Assembly (NCBI RefSeq): GCF_009914755.1
Contig: NC_060934.1
Origin: the human T2T-CHM13v2.0 reference genome, Homo sapiens
Strand: one strand, 5' to 3'
Length of the DNA: 64,000 nt
The notes under the pieces were generated by a model that saw only the letters and a list, made by a program, of their open reading frames with translations, was not told where the DNA came from and searched no databases. Made by a program: the position numbers and the translations under genes. This document shows, in pieces, positions 1 to 14,095 of the stretch (within the stretch, counting starts at the first letter, position 1; each line of letters opens with the position of its first letter).

Positions 1-1399
1 CCTGAAAAACATATGAATTCAAATGTTTGAGATACTTATACAGCCTCATCACCCCCTACATTGGGTAAACTGATTGAAGCAATGCTTAAAGACGAAAAAA
101 TAACCATGAAGTGGGGAGGGCCTAAGGACATGGAGAGAAAGCAATTTGAATCTGATTTTCCTGGAGATGCCCCTCTGTGCAGGAAAACAGTTTGTACCAG
201 GTGACAACTGGACTATTATAAGCTGGAGTTAAGCAAAAATCCCTATCATGGAATATAAGCTTAGGGTTTGGTGACATTCCAAGAGACATTAAAAGGAAGG
301 TCATTCAAGTGGCCAGGACGCAAGGGGTTAACTTTTTTCCATGCAGAACAGTAGGGTCTCAAAGAGTTTTACATTGAACAAAATATATATACACAATATG
401 ACAGCAGGGGGCTGGCCTTCAAGTCTCTATGTAAACATCACGACTGACTTCGGAGTTCTGGAACTCTTACTCCTGAAAACCTTATATTTTCAAATGGCAT
501 CCCAACCCCCCAGCAAGAAGTTACATTTTTTCCCTTCTTTAAACAACCAGCAAGAGTAATGGCATGATGAACAAATTTCATTTCTTCTGTTCAGCTTTTT
601 CCATCGCGAACACAGCCTCCCTGAGGCCAGATGGCACCAAAGCAATTGCTAGTAAGTCAATACATCTGGCGACATTCCTGAAATGACAAATCTGATGGAG
701 CAACGTCCAGCTCCTACACAAAGCCTCTTTTCAGAGCATTTTCACTGGTACTTGTCTGCTATAAGCAGAACCTAATGTGTGAAAACAAAATAAAATCCAA
801 CTCTTTCACCGCCCCATGCTGCAGTTTCATTTTTGCTGCTTTTATTAACGTGACTCTCCTTCCCACTTCTGCACCTCAACCTGAAACTGATGAGCATTCT
901 CTGTCTGACAATGAGAGCCTGCACCACAGCCTCTAAATGCTGACTGTGTTGGAACTGCTAAGAGCTCAGCAGACAACAACAACTCTGTTGCTCTTTGCAT
1001 TATAAGCTATAAGCTCATTTAGGGAATTACCTGCAGAAAAGAATCAATGAGAACGGTGAGCTTGGGAAGGAATTGGAACCTGCCCCCCACGCAAATCTTT
1101 CACCAGTGGAGTTTATGAGTTGGGCTTCATGAGTGACCTCTGACTCCCAGAAGGACTACAATATGTTAGAGATCTGCTGGCATGGTCACAAAAACTGATG
1201 AGCTATGGCACTACACACAAACACACATACACACACACACAAGGTATGCTGGAATTTAGGGCTTTGTAAAATCTTCAAGTCACTACCTAAAAATCATCCA
1301 GGTGAGTCTGCCCCATTCAATTAGTGGTCTATTTTCAGCACCATCCTTCAGTGAAGTCTCAACCTGGTATAAGATGTAGTTACGTGGTCTACTTTAACC

Positions 1400-1637
1400 A
1401 ACATTTTTTTTCATAATTCCATTCAACTGAAATGTATTGAGTGCCAATAAGGTGTAAGACTTCAGATATAGTAAAAGGCAAAATAGACATGGTTTCTATT
1501 CTTAGAAGCTTACTCCCATATGGGAAATTACTTAAATTTACTGTAGTAGGAGACAGAAAATAAACAAGAAAACAAAGGAATACACTAGATAATTCCAGTA
1601 AGAATAAGCATGATAAAGGAAATAAATAAGAGGACCC

Positions 1638-1692
<55 letters not shown>

Positions 1693-2020
1693 AAAAGAAA
1701 GAAAGAAAGAAAGAAAAAAGAAAAGAGAAAGAAAGACAGACAGACTATAGTAGTAAGGTAGGTGGCTTTAAATAGCAAGAGCAGAGAAGGTCTTTGGCAT
1801 GAGCCTAAAGGATAAGGAGGAGACCATCAGCCGTGCAAAGATCTGAGCAAAGTGCCTTCCAGGCTGAGCTGTTTGCCTTGAGCAGAAACACTAAGAAGGG
1901 AATGAGCTTGGCTCAAAGAACAGAGGGATGTAATGAACCAGGAGAGACAGCTGGAAGAAAAGTCAAAGAGGAAGCTAGAGGCTTTGCTGGCCGTGGAAAG
2001 GACTACAGAAATTACTCTTA
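1400..2020 (-). mobile_element. L2 LINE fragments (old), interrupted by the GAAA repeat
   Basis: cattcaactgaaatgtattgagtgcc...gacatggtttctattcttagaagcttac resembles the L2 3' end in antisense; highly diverged. Confidence 0.5.
1638..1736 (+). repeat. (GAAA)n tetranucleotide microsatellite / pure purine tract
   Basis: 99 nt containing only A and G, mostly GAAA units. Confidence 0.97.
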
Positions 2021-2023
2021 AGT

Positions 2024-2232
2024 CAGTGGTTCTCACTAGGGAGCAATTTTGCCCCCCAGGAGTCATTTGGCAATGTCTGGAGACATTTTCTGTTATAATA
2101 ATCGGGGGGTGTTGGTGCCACTGGCATCTAGTTGGGTAGAGACCAGGGATACTGCTAAACATTCTAAAATGTGCAGAATAGCCCCCCGCCCCGGCAAAGA
2201 ATTCTCTGGCTGAAAATGTCAAATAGTGCTGA
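2024..2232. mobile_element. MER20 (hAT-Charlie) DNA transposon fossil
   Basis: cagtggttctca...ttttgccccccagg..catttggcaatgtctggagacatttt...ctggcatctag...aaatgtcaatagtgctga matches the MER20 consensus. Confidence 0.85.
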
Positions 2233-2726
2233 CGCTTTACGAGTACTAGAAAAACAATGAAGAGATTCAATTGCAGAAATGGCATGGTGTGGCAAAAATA
2301 CTGGAAAGCAAAATATGATGTGAAACTCATCACTTATCACCCTGAAACATTAACTTGCCGGCAAGAACACTTGTTCTCCTTCTGGAAGAAAGCCTATAAA
2401 CATCTTAGGGCCACAGTTCCACCTCCAAAATGCCCCGAGTATAGGCACCACCAAAGCACAAACTTCCTACAGCCATAGACCACTTGGCTTCACTTTATTT
2501 CTTGGCCCACTGGCCATCTTCCGCTGGCAAAGGTGGCTTTGCTTCCCAATTCTAAGTGACATTTGAGCTCCCCATGGGCTGCCTAAGACTGTTGAAAACA
2601 TGAGCGCAGGATACGCTTTCAGGTTTGCACACGGGCTTGATGATGGGCTCAGATGCCCCAGCAGTAACTCACTAGCAGGAAGTTTGGTCCCCAGGGTGGA
2701 AAGGGGAGTTAAAAGTTCTGGCTATA

Positions 2727-3107
<381 letters not shown>

Positions 3108-3772
3108 TCAAGAATGTACAGGTTTAGAATCATTCAACATCACCAGAACCTATTAATCAATGCAGGTGGAGATAATAAATGGCATTTCCTATTACACTAT
3201 GTGAGTTTCCTTCTATGGCTATTAATTTCCCACAAGATCCTTTCAAGCTAACTCTACTCTGCTCTACCTTTCTTATTTCTTATTTCCTCCATCATAAAAC
3301 ATAGAAAACATGCCCCCCATGTACTTGTTAATACATTGCTATGAAGCCGTTGCTTAATCATTTTATGTCAAATAGTCTATTACCCACAAATAGATTATAA
3401 ATTCCTGAAGAGGAGAAACAATAAATATCTGGCCATCTTTGAAATGTCTTCCACCTAGCTGGGCTCTATATACTGTTCCCCTTCCTCTAGCTTTGCTGTA
3501 AAAGATTAAACTCTTTGCAATAGTCTGGATTTGTTTTATTAATACGAAGCACTTCTCTCTTTGAAGTCAAACACTGGAAGAATTTAATAAAGTATGTGGG
3601 GTATTTAGCATTTTAGCAAGAAATGAAAAACACATTCAAAAACTCATACTAATTTGGAGGTTTCTATTATAAGCCTAGCAAAATTAAAGCTATGGTATAA
3701 AACTAGGGGCATATATTACATTTGGCAGTAAGTTCAGATGTTATTTGAAATTCAAAAATGTGAGATTTGTAA

Positions 3773-4106
<334 letters not shown>

Positions 4107-4139
4107 TAAAGGCAGAAACATGACAAAACTACTTTAAAG

Positions 4140-4620
4140 AACAACTTGTCAACACCTAATAAAGTTGAAGATGTTCTCCCTTGCGCATCCCACGCTCCAA
4201 GTATCCCGCTTCTATAGACACTTTCACACACATGCACCACCACGTGCAGTGTACAAAGCTGCTCATCACAGCTCTAAGCAAAGGAAAACAAAACCAAGCT
4301 GTACCTCAAACACTGGAAGAATTTAACAAAGCATGTGGGGGTATTTAGCATCTTAGCAATAAATAAGAAAACATTCAAAAGTCATACCAATTGGATTTTG
4401 GATTACGGGGCTTAGGAGGTATATGGGTAAATATGCACTATATTTTAGCCATATCATAGAATTCCATTTAGCAAGTAAAATGAATGAACTAGACTTATAT
4501 ATAGCAACATCATCCATGTAAAGTTGAAAAGCACATGAATACTTATTGCTTATGGATACATAGACACTTACAGTTAGAAACATACACAAGAATGATGTAT
4601 ATCAAGTCCAAGAGGTAGAA
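4140..4620 (+). mobile_element. Old L1M (L1ME-like) 3' fragment
   Basis: aaaatgaatgaactagacttatatatagcaacat is typical of L1ME 3' sequence; very diverged. Confidence 0.5.
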
Positions 4621-4720
4621 CTGTAGCCTGGAGGCGAATAATAGTGATAATATTAATAGTTAAAGAACTACCTGGTATTGACATAGCATGTTGACTGTGA
4701 AAGGGTAGATAAAGGATTGA

Positions 4721-5094
<374 letters not shown>

Positions 5095-5367
5095 TTTTTC
5101 TTCTTTTTTGAGATAGAGTTTCACTCTTGTTGCCCAGGCTGGAGTGCAGTGGCGTGACCTCGGTGATCTTGGCTCACTGCACCCTCCACCTCCTGGGCTC
5201 AAGTGATTCTCCTGCCTCAGCCCCCTAAGTAGCTATGATTACAGGCACCCACCACCACGCCCGGCTAATTTTTTTTATTTTTAGTAGAGACAGGGTTTCG
5301 TCATGTTAGCCAGGCTGGTCTCGAACTCCTAACCTCAGGTGATCCACCCGCCTCTGCCTCCCAAAGT
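5095..5367 (-). mobile_element. AluS, slightly 5'-truncated
   Basis: Antisense Alu; TSD ttgatcatgattactttt (4778 and 5368) brackets both Alus. Confidence 0.95.
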
Positions 5368-5809
5368 TGATCATGATTACTTTTGATGTTGGTATGTAGG
5401 TGACTGTTTTGTTGTTTTCTGTGCTCTTATTTCTGTTGAAAAGAATAATAAAGTTTGTGTGTTTTAAAGCTTAAACTAAAGCCCAGTTTTAAAAGTTAAA
5501 TGCTGCTGTCTTACATTCTAAAGCAAAAGGAATAGCTCTACTGATTATAATTTCTACTTTCCTAGTCACCTCAGCCCCAAATTTCACAATTATCCTATTT
5601 ACCCCAGTCTATCCCCTCTCCCTGGAATCTAATCTAGAAAGCCCCATCATCAATTCTGAAGATGCTCAGCCCACAAAATAAGTGGCTCATGGGAAAGGCA
5701 TTTGAAAAAACACAAAACCTAGATGTCCTTTCGGTTTCACTTTTTAAAACCAAAGTAAAGAAATCCTCCCTCCAAAGATGCAAAGATCTCCACGGTCCTG
5801 ACACCCGGA

Positions 5810-6060
5810 AGAATAATCATGGTAACAGCAACATTAACAACATTCACTGGCACATGGAGAGCCCTTGCTATGTGCCAGGCCTTAACCCAGTGCTTTTTAC
5901 CTTCATTAACCATGTAAGCCACATATCAGATGGGGAAGGTTGTCCCTCTATCAGGGATGGGGAAACTGAGGTATAGAGAAGTTAAATCATTTGTCCAGGT
6001 GCCACTGCTGGTAATGCTGGCAAAATCTCATTGATCCTCTCAGGATGTTAACTACAAAAT
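5810..6060 (-). mobile_element. MIR SINE
   Basis: MIR core gatggggaaactgaggtatagagaagttaaatcatttgtcc. Confidence 0.75.
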
Positions 6061-6235
6061 CACTCATCCCTTCCATCCACCCTGAGCTATAATTAAATAG
6101 GTTAAACTGTTGACTGGAACTTTAGTATTTTACCATGAGGGTACTATAGAAAGTTGGCCAAAACTGATGATTTGAGTTTTAGCATACTGACACTGACCTG
6201 TATCTTCCTGCCCGTAACTTAGAGTACATGTTCTC

Positions 6236-6238
6236 TGC

Positions 6239-6279
<41 letters not shown>

Positions 6280-6298
6280 TGCACGCGCGCACATGCGT
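6236..6298. repeat. (TG)n microsatellite with CG-rich alternating flanks
   Basis: 63 nt of uninterrupted pyrimidine-purine alternation. Confidence 0.95.
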
Positions 6299-6589
6299 CT
6301 GACCATCTCCAGACTTAGGTCTAGATCAGCACAAGCCTCAGGCACTGCTGTGGCCGAGGACAGAGCAGGATCGAGGTCAACTCCACCCCTAAGGCACCAG
6401 AAGGGACAGCAATAACAGAGAGGGGAGGAGTCTCCTCATCCAGGTGACACGAAGTGGTTCCATTTTATAACCTACTGGACACACCCAAATCGTAGCCATA
6501 TCAAGTCAAAACACAGTAACCTTCACGTGAGGACAGAGAAGACCAAACCCTGGCTGCCCCACACTGTATCTGGCCTTGAAAACAGTAAG

Positions 6590-6810
6590 ACTAGCTACCA
6601 TTTATTGGGCTCCCTTATGTCCCAGGCTCTGTACTAGGTGCATGCTTTACCTCTTCTTCCTTAATCATACAGAAACCTATAGGTTCAGCCTCCTATCTTA
6701 GAGTCATAGATGAAAACACGGTAGCTGGGAAGGGTAAATAATTCACAGAGCCTCACAGTGGCAGAGCTAGGATTCAAATCGGTTGCTCTAATTCCAAATC
6801 CATGCTCCTT
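6590..6810 (-). mobile_element. MIR SINE
   Basis: tagctaccatttattggg...gtggcagagctaggattcaaatc. Confidence 0.7.
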
Positions 6811-6851
6811 GCCCCATACCTTACTGCCTCTTCTTTGTGGGATGCTTATAA

Positions 6852-7327
6852 GTGGGTTCAATGGTATCCCCCCCACACCAAAATATGTTCAAGACCTAAC
6901 CCCTAGTAACCCCTGGTACCTATGAATATGACATTACTTGGAAATCAGTCTTTACAGCTCTAATTAAGGATCTCTAGATAAGATCATCCTAGATTTAGGT
7001 GAGTCCTAAATCCAGACACTAGTGTCCCTATAAGTAAAAGGAGAGGGAGATTGTCCCACACAGACACAGGGGAGAAGGCCACGTAAAGAATGACATGATG
7101 GTGGACGCAGAGGTTGGAGTTAAGTTGCCACAAGCCAAAAAACACCAGAATCCCACGAGGGAGGCCAGGAATGGATTCTCTCTCAGATCCTCCAGAAAGA
7201 ACCAACCCTGCCAACGCCTTAATTTCAGACTTCTGGTCTTTTCCAAAACCGTGAGACATAAAATTATATTGTGTTAAGCCACCAAGTTTGTGGAAATTTG
7301 TTGCAGCCACGTCAGGAAGCAAATACT
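6852..7327 (+). mobile_element. MLT1C-like MaLR solo LTR
   Basis: MLT1 motifs: gccacaagccaa, ccaaccctgccaacgccttaatttcagacttctgg, gttaagccaccaagtttgtgg. Confidence 0.85.
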
Positions 7328-8667
7328 CAACTATCTCAGGGCGCAGGAACTTTGAAAGTTTCATCACGAAATCCTGCAGACAACCACTGAAAGCAGCATC
7401 CAGCTCAACAATTTAGGTCCCAGCTGGTTCTTAACAAGAATGCCAGTAATTCTGCTCTTTAGACTCTCAAAGAGGAGGGAGAACACAATAGAAAGGGTGC
7501 GGTTCACAAAGAACTTGCAATTTCTGCACAAGACAGTTACAATTTAGTATCGTTTGGGGCTCTGTTTTCAAGGGCTAGACAACAGCCATAGGAAGAGTCT
7601 GATTTATGAGGCTGTCTGCTAAGATGCAGCACCAACGCACATGGATCTTTCATGCCATCTCCTCTCCAGACCAAAAGGGGGTAAATACAATTATTTGTAA
7701 GCACCGTGACACATTTTCCTCACACTATATCCTGACATCTTTAGTCATAGTCGCAATACTTTCAGATAGCCTTTGAATTCCAGCAAATTCACGTTTAAAC
7801 GTCACTACCTTGTGCTGAGCTTCAAGCTGTCAGAAAAAACAAAGTAAAATGAGTCTGATTTCATGGCCCAACCATGTGGCCCACTTGAAATTCTCTCCTA
7901 AGAAAACAGTTAAAGTCGCCCCAGGCTCTACTGTGTTTGGTGCCCAGGTTATCAAGGAAATGACCATTATCATTCTCACTTGGAATAAGGCCTCATAGGA
8001 CCATCCTGTGTCAACAGAAAAGGGCTCTGGTAACCACGGTCGCCTGTCATAACAGCAGAGATTACAGTTTTATAGTCTAAACACTTTTAAAACTAGTGTC
8101 TTCTTGACATATTCTCATATCCTTAATGAAGTGCCAGGTTATTAAGCGGGAGAAACTTTAACTACATTCAAGCTGTGGACAATGTTTTTTCACCCAAAAT
8201 AGACTGTGGGTGAGGTTCTAAATGAGAACATTGTCATCGAACGATATTTCAATGACATCTCAAAAATCTAGAGATGCAACGCTTCACCAATACTATTTCT
8301 CCACAGCAAATGTTATGAGAAGCTTTATAATAAATGCATATGCCTTACAGCGTGCTTTACGTGCATTAGGGCATACCTACTCATCTTCTTGTCCCACAGC
8401 CATTAGGGTCTACGGGGTTGCCATGAGTTACCTAAACTCTAGTTCCTTTGTCACCTAGAGCTTTCTCCCTCAGGTCCTCCCCTCACTCCCACACAAACTT
8501 CTGCTGAATCCTTCTTCCCATGATTTATAATGGACCAGAAGAGTCTGAGTACTGTTCTTGATTTATCTGAGTAATGCCGTCAGCAGGGATGACTGACCAC
8601 TCTGTTTTTCTGTCCCTGTTCCCAACCTCCAAAGTCTAGGAAAAGGCATGGATTGGCTAAGGGATTC

Positions 8668-9409
<742 letters not shown>

Positions 9410-11803
9410 CACCAAACAGAACTAGGGTGCAAACTCATCAGCTGCATAGGCAGTGGCCATCTCTCTGCATTCTTCTTCAGCCCCACTGGAGTCTCTGGTA
9501 CAGCCACACAGTGTTTCTCTCTGGTCCTCTCTCTGATCTCAAACTTAGCCCCCTTCCCTCAGCAGAGCCTTTTTGCCCAGCCAGGAGGACATGCTCCTCC
9601 CCCTTTCCCTCTCCCAGCCCCAAAAGGGCATAAGCATTTTACTTCCTGTTGTTCATATAATTAAAATAATCTATTCTGGGGGGAGGTTTTCAAATATCAA
9701 ATGATATAATATTGAATACACTGTTTTGAACACCCACGGTATCCATTCTATTCTATTGTGCACCACGGCAGCCTCACAAGTCACAGCCCACCTCATCTCT
9801 CCCGCTCCAACAGAATCCCATCATTCTGTGTCCTCACTCTAATACAGCCTCTGGAGTAAAGTGGAAACTGCCCAAGATGGCAGAAAGGCCTTTGGAAAGT
9901 CACACGGTGTCATCTTCTGCATGCACCCATACTTTCTGTGTCCACTTCCCAGAGCCTAGCTTTAGCATCCTTGGTGCCTCTTCTCAAGCTGTTCCACCTG
10001 GTTCTCAAGTTCCCCACACACTACCTGTCCAAGCCATACTTGTCCTCCAAGGCCCAATCCCCATGCTCACTGTCTCAAAAAGACTTGCCCCAACCCCTTC
10101 TGGTGGGGCTGAATCTCTCCTCCCCCTTCCCTAAACTCTCCTAACCCTTTGGGTACACCTTTCTTTGTGTATCTACAAAGCCTGCCTGGCTTTGCAGCAG
10201 AATCACAACAGAAGTCAAATAACTTACCTCTCCCTCTGGGCAACAAACAAAATGTACGTATACTCACTCAGGAGAAAAAGAACAATGAAATATTGCAGGA
10301 AATTCCTCCTGCCAGTTCAATTGCTGCAAACAGGCCTCAGAGGGAGCATTAGGGGAGACGCGCACGCATCTGCCACTCCCATACCCTTGTCCTGTGGGCA
10401 CCTTCCCTCTCTGGGAATAATTCTAGAGTTCCAACACATGTACCTTTGGAACAGCATGGCCCCAAACACAAGACAACTTCTCTAGCTGGAGTGTAAATAA
10501 ATGGAAGACAGGCCATGTATTCTGGTGCCGGAGTCATCATGGGCTGCGCAGGTCCTGTTGCAAAGACATTGAGCTCTGTCATGTTTTGATTTTATGCAGC
10601 TGCCTGTGATCTAACCTCAGAACCTCCCCCACTTCTGACACGTGGCTTCCTTTCTTAACCAGGGGGCTCCTGCCCTACACCTTGCGTCCCCAGAACCCAG
10701 GGACCTCTCATTCACCCCTCTGTCAGCTCCCAGCACATTCAAAGTGCATAAGTAGTAACAGTGGGTGCCTCAAGGCAAGCAAAGCGATCAAAGGTATGAA
10801 CACTATCCATTGAACAAACTATGACATTACTTACCTCATCCTGTCTGAACATAAATGCAGACCTCCTAAAAATACTTTAGATTATAGACATTCCCATCAA
10901 CAAAATTATCATTCACCTGGTTGGTTACATCAACTTTCTAAAGCTCCCAAATCTGACATTTCTTTTTTTTTTCTCCTGTGTTGCCACATCAAGAAGGACA
11001 ACTTCTTGGTAAATATACTGGTTGAGCCTGGTACTGATATCTTATCAAGAAGTTTTGAACCTATTTTCAAACTAAGTTCTCATCTATCTGCCACCTGCCT
11101 TTAAAATGACACGTTCTCATTTATTTCAGGCCTCTGGCCTAAAAGAAAAGCAAACGAAATAACAACAATGAAATATACCCTGCATTAATTGCAAAAGGAA
11201 ATGAGTTTTAAACAAAGTGAATGCTGCAGGCGATGCGTTGCCAGGCTGTGTTCTGAGCATTTCAAAGGATAAAACAGAAAATTGGAAAAGATCAATATCA
11301 AGACAACAGTGATCTGCAACAGTAATAAAGAAAGATGTCTTTCAGGGCCCATTAACCACTAATCACCCCTTGGATCAAAACTAGCAGAACAGCTCCCAGG
11401 CTGTTTGAAGGGGCTGCCATTGGGTTATCCTGAAAAATCAAACAGGGCAGCCCCAGGTTTGTTTCATGTTGAAACCTCCATTGTTTTTGTTGCTGATGAG
11501 GGGGATGGAGGGTGTTGCAGAGGGTCTAAGCTTGTGCTCTGTTCGGTGGGCTGGATAACTTAAGGTACCTTCCAACTGCAATTACATGGCTCATCACAGG
11601 GCACATTCTGCAGAGAGAGACAAAAGGGAACAGGGTATCTATCATTCCTGAAAAGCACATGCTGAAGCACCAGTGTGTATTACACAGTTGAGCTACACCT
11701 TGCTATGGAGCTGGATTTCAAGGATTTGTGCCATAGCACCAGACCTCATGGGCAAGGCCTTCCTCAGCTTTTGAAATACAAAATAAAATAAAACACAGTG
11801 AAA

Positions 11804-12087
11804 GGCTGGGCGCAGTGGCTCATGCCTGTAATCCAAGCACTTTGGGAGGCCGAGGCGGGCAGATCATGAGGTCAGGAGTTCAAGATCAGCCTGGCCAACA
11901 TGGTGAAACCCCATCTCTATTAAAGATACAAAAAAAATTAGCCAGGTGTGGTGGTGCACACCTGTAATCCCAGCTACTCAGGAGGCTGAGGCAAGAGAAT
12001 CACTTGAACCCAGGAGGCAGAGGCTGCAGTGAGCTGAAATCACGCCATTGCACTCCAGCCTGGGCAACAAAGCGAGACTCTGTCTCA

Positions 12088-12126
<39 letters not shown>
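11804..12126 (+). mobile_element. AluS with a (CA)n tail
   Basis: Full Alu; tail is (CA)n at ~12087-12126; TSD acacagtgaaa. Confidence 0.96.
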
Positions 12127-12128
<2 letters not shown>

Positions 12129-12252
12129 GAAAAAGGCATGGCTCCAGGGAACAGGTCCTCTCACCTCAAGTCAACCACTCTGTCAGTCCTAACAACTGAA
12201 GCCATTCAACAAACACATCCATGAACTTGCTTTGCAGTATGGTCTACGTCTA

Positions 12253-12520
12253 GCCTTGCTGCTCAAAGTGCAGTATATGGACCAGCAGCACCTGCCTCCA
12301 TTGAAAGCCTGTTAGACAAGCAGAATCTCAAGTCTTTCCCTAGACCTATCGAGGTTTAATCTGCATGTTGGCAGGATCCCTGTGTGATCTGTAGGCATAT
12401 TAGAATCTGGGAACATGAGAATCATCTGGGAAGTTTTGGTGGCAGTTGTTTAATATTGATATCTGGGCTCCATCCCTAGAGATTTTTACTGGATGAGAAT
12501 GAGGCGCAGGCATCAGTTTA
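12253..12520. mobile_element. MER5A and MER5B-like hAT fossils
   Basis: ctcaaagtg...ggaccagcagca..ttagacaagcagaatctc; ttagaatc...catccctagagatt. Confidence 0.7.
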
Positions 12521-13309
12521 AAACAAAATTGCCTGCAAGATAGTGAGTCCTGATAAGGATGGCTGAATGAACTGCACAAATGACCTAATGCACTCAATAT
12601 AATCACTGAAACTCTGCCTGGGTTCCCTAATTTGATGAAGGAGGAAGCAGAAAATGGTTAGAGGATTGAAACGGGCTTTAAAGAACACTGGCTTTCAAGT
12701 GCCAAGATCAAATTCCTTTTTTTTTTTTATTAAGGAAAGCCCAACCTATATTCTTAGAGTTATGAACCCAGACTTAAAGACTAAAAGTTTAAAAAAAAAA
12801 TCCTTGTATTCTCCGTTTCAAGTCAACTAATCTTCCCTTTGCCTCAGTTTCTCATCTGCATGGAAGAGAACACATTTATCCACTCTCTAGGAACATGTTC
12901 TAACATCAAAATCCAAAGGTGCCTTTTAATTCAAGTAATTGTGCTCCCTTGGGGTGTCATGCAACGTGTTGGAGCCTCTTGAGTGAGCAATTGTGGATCA
13001 TATGCAGTTGTGCACTGGGTATGCAAATAGGAGATTGTCGTAAAATTTGGTTATAAACAACTGGGTGGGTGCGCTTCACCTGGCTGGCCAGACCACTGCA
13101 TGAATCCCATGAAACAGTGAGAGGTACAATCCATTTCCTAGTCAATGACCTAATCCAGACTGTTGATGGCCTATCTGGAAATCTAAACCGAGGTTAAACA
13201 GGGCTAATCTTGGTAAGGGGAAAAGCTTTCTACCTATGCTTCCAATCAAGAGGCCATAAAATAAAAGCTTCACAGAGTTGGATACTAAAAGTTTAAAAAA
13301 TTGTTTAGG

Positions 13310-14070
13310 GTATGTTTGTTATGTAAAGTCAACTGACAAACTGGGAGAAAATATTCACAAAATATACCATGGACAAAGGACTAATATCGCTCATATATGA
13401 AGACCTCTTTGAATTTGTGGGCAAAGGTCTAGAATCCAATAGGAAAAAAAAAAGGGAAAGAAAAACCATGGACAATTCAGGCACATACAGTTCTAACACT
13501 GACCCTCGAACAAATTTTTAAAATGTTCAAACTCACCTATAATTAGAAAAATTCAAGTTAAAACATTCTTAGGCACCATTTCTCACTTATCAGACTGACA
13601 AAACTTTCTAATTATGACAACATATCCTTTTGGTCAGGCTGTGGGGAAAGAGGCCTCCTTGTACATTTCTGGTGGGAGTACAAATTCGTACAACCCACCT
13701 GGAGAGAAATTTGGCAATTCCTAATAAAGCAACATAGACATTTACCTTTCTACCCAGCAATCCCACTTCTAGAAAGCTACCTTAAAGACAGATACTTTCA
13801 ACAATCTGAAAGTACATATGCATGAGATCATTTATTGCAGCATGTTTCGTAATTACAAAATATTGGGAACAACCTAAATGTTTATACACAAAAGAGTAGC
13901 TGGATAAACCACGGTACATCCATACAGTGGAGTACTATGCAGCTATTTTTTTTAAAGATCTCTATATACAGAATGATTTCCAGGACATACTGTCAAGTAG
14001 AAAAAAGCAAAAAGCAAAAATGTACCCATAACATGTTACCCATCATACAAAAAAAAAGAGAGAGAGAGAG
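13310..14070 (+). mobile_element. Old L1M (end of ORF2 / 3' region)
   Basis: gacaaactgggagaaaatattc, cccagcaatcccacttctag, gagtactatgcagct are L1 motifs. Confidence 0.8.
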
Positions 14071-14095
14071 AAGGTATAATTTTTGCTGTAACTAC

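Noticed and set aside
576-657. + strand 57-nt exon-like segment (ttcttctgttcag...cta|gtaagt)
   Set aside because: Peptides not recognised and no supporting neighbouring exons.
1389-2333. 129 aa and 168 aa hydrophobic ORFs
   Set aside because: Translations of the (TTTC)n repeat, L2 and MER20.
10829-10860. Minus-strand perfect donor GAG|GTAAGT with a possible 6- or 10-nt exon
   Set aside because: Poor pyrimidine tract and competing AGs; indistinguishable from chance.
13021-13028. Octamer ATGCAAAT
   Set aside because: A single 8-mer is expected by chance; no correctly spaced SOX site.
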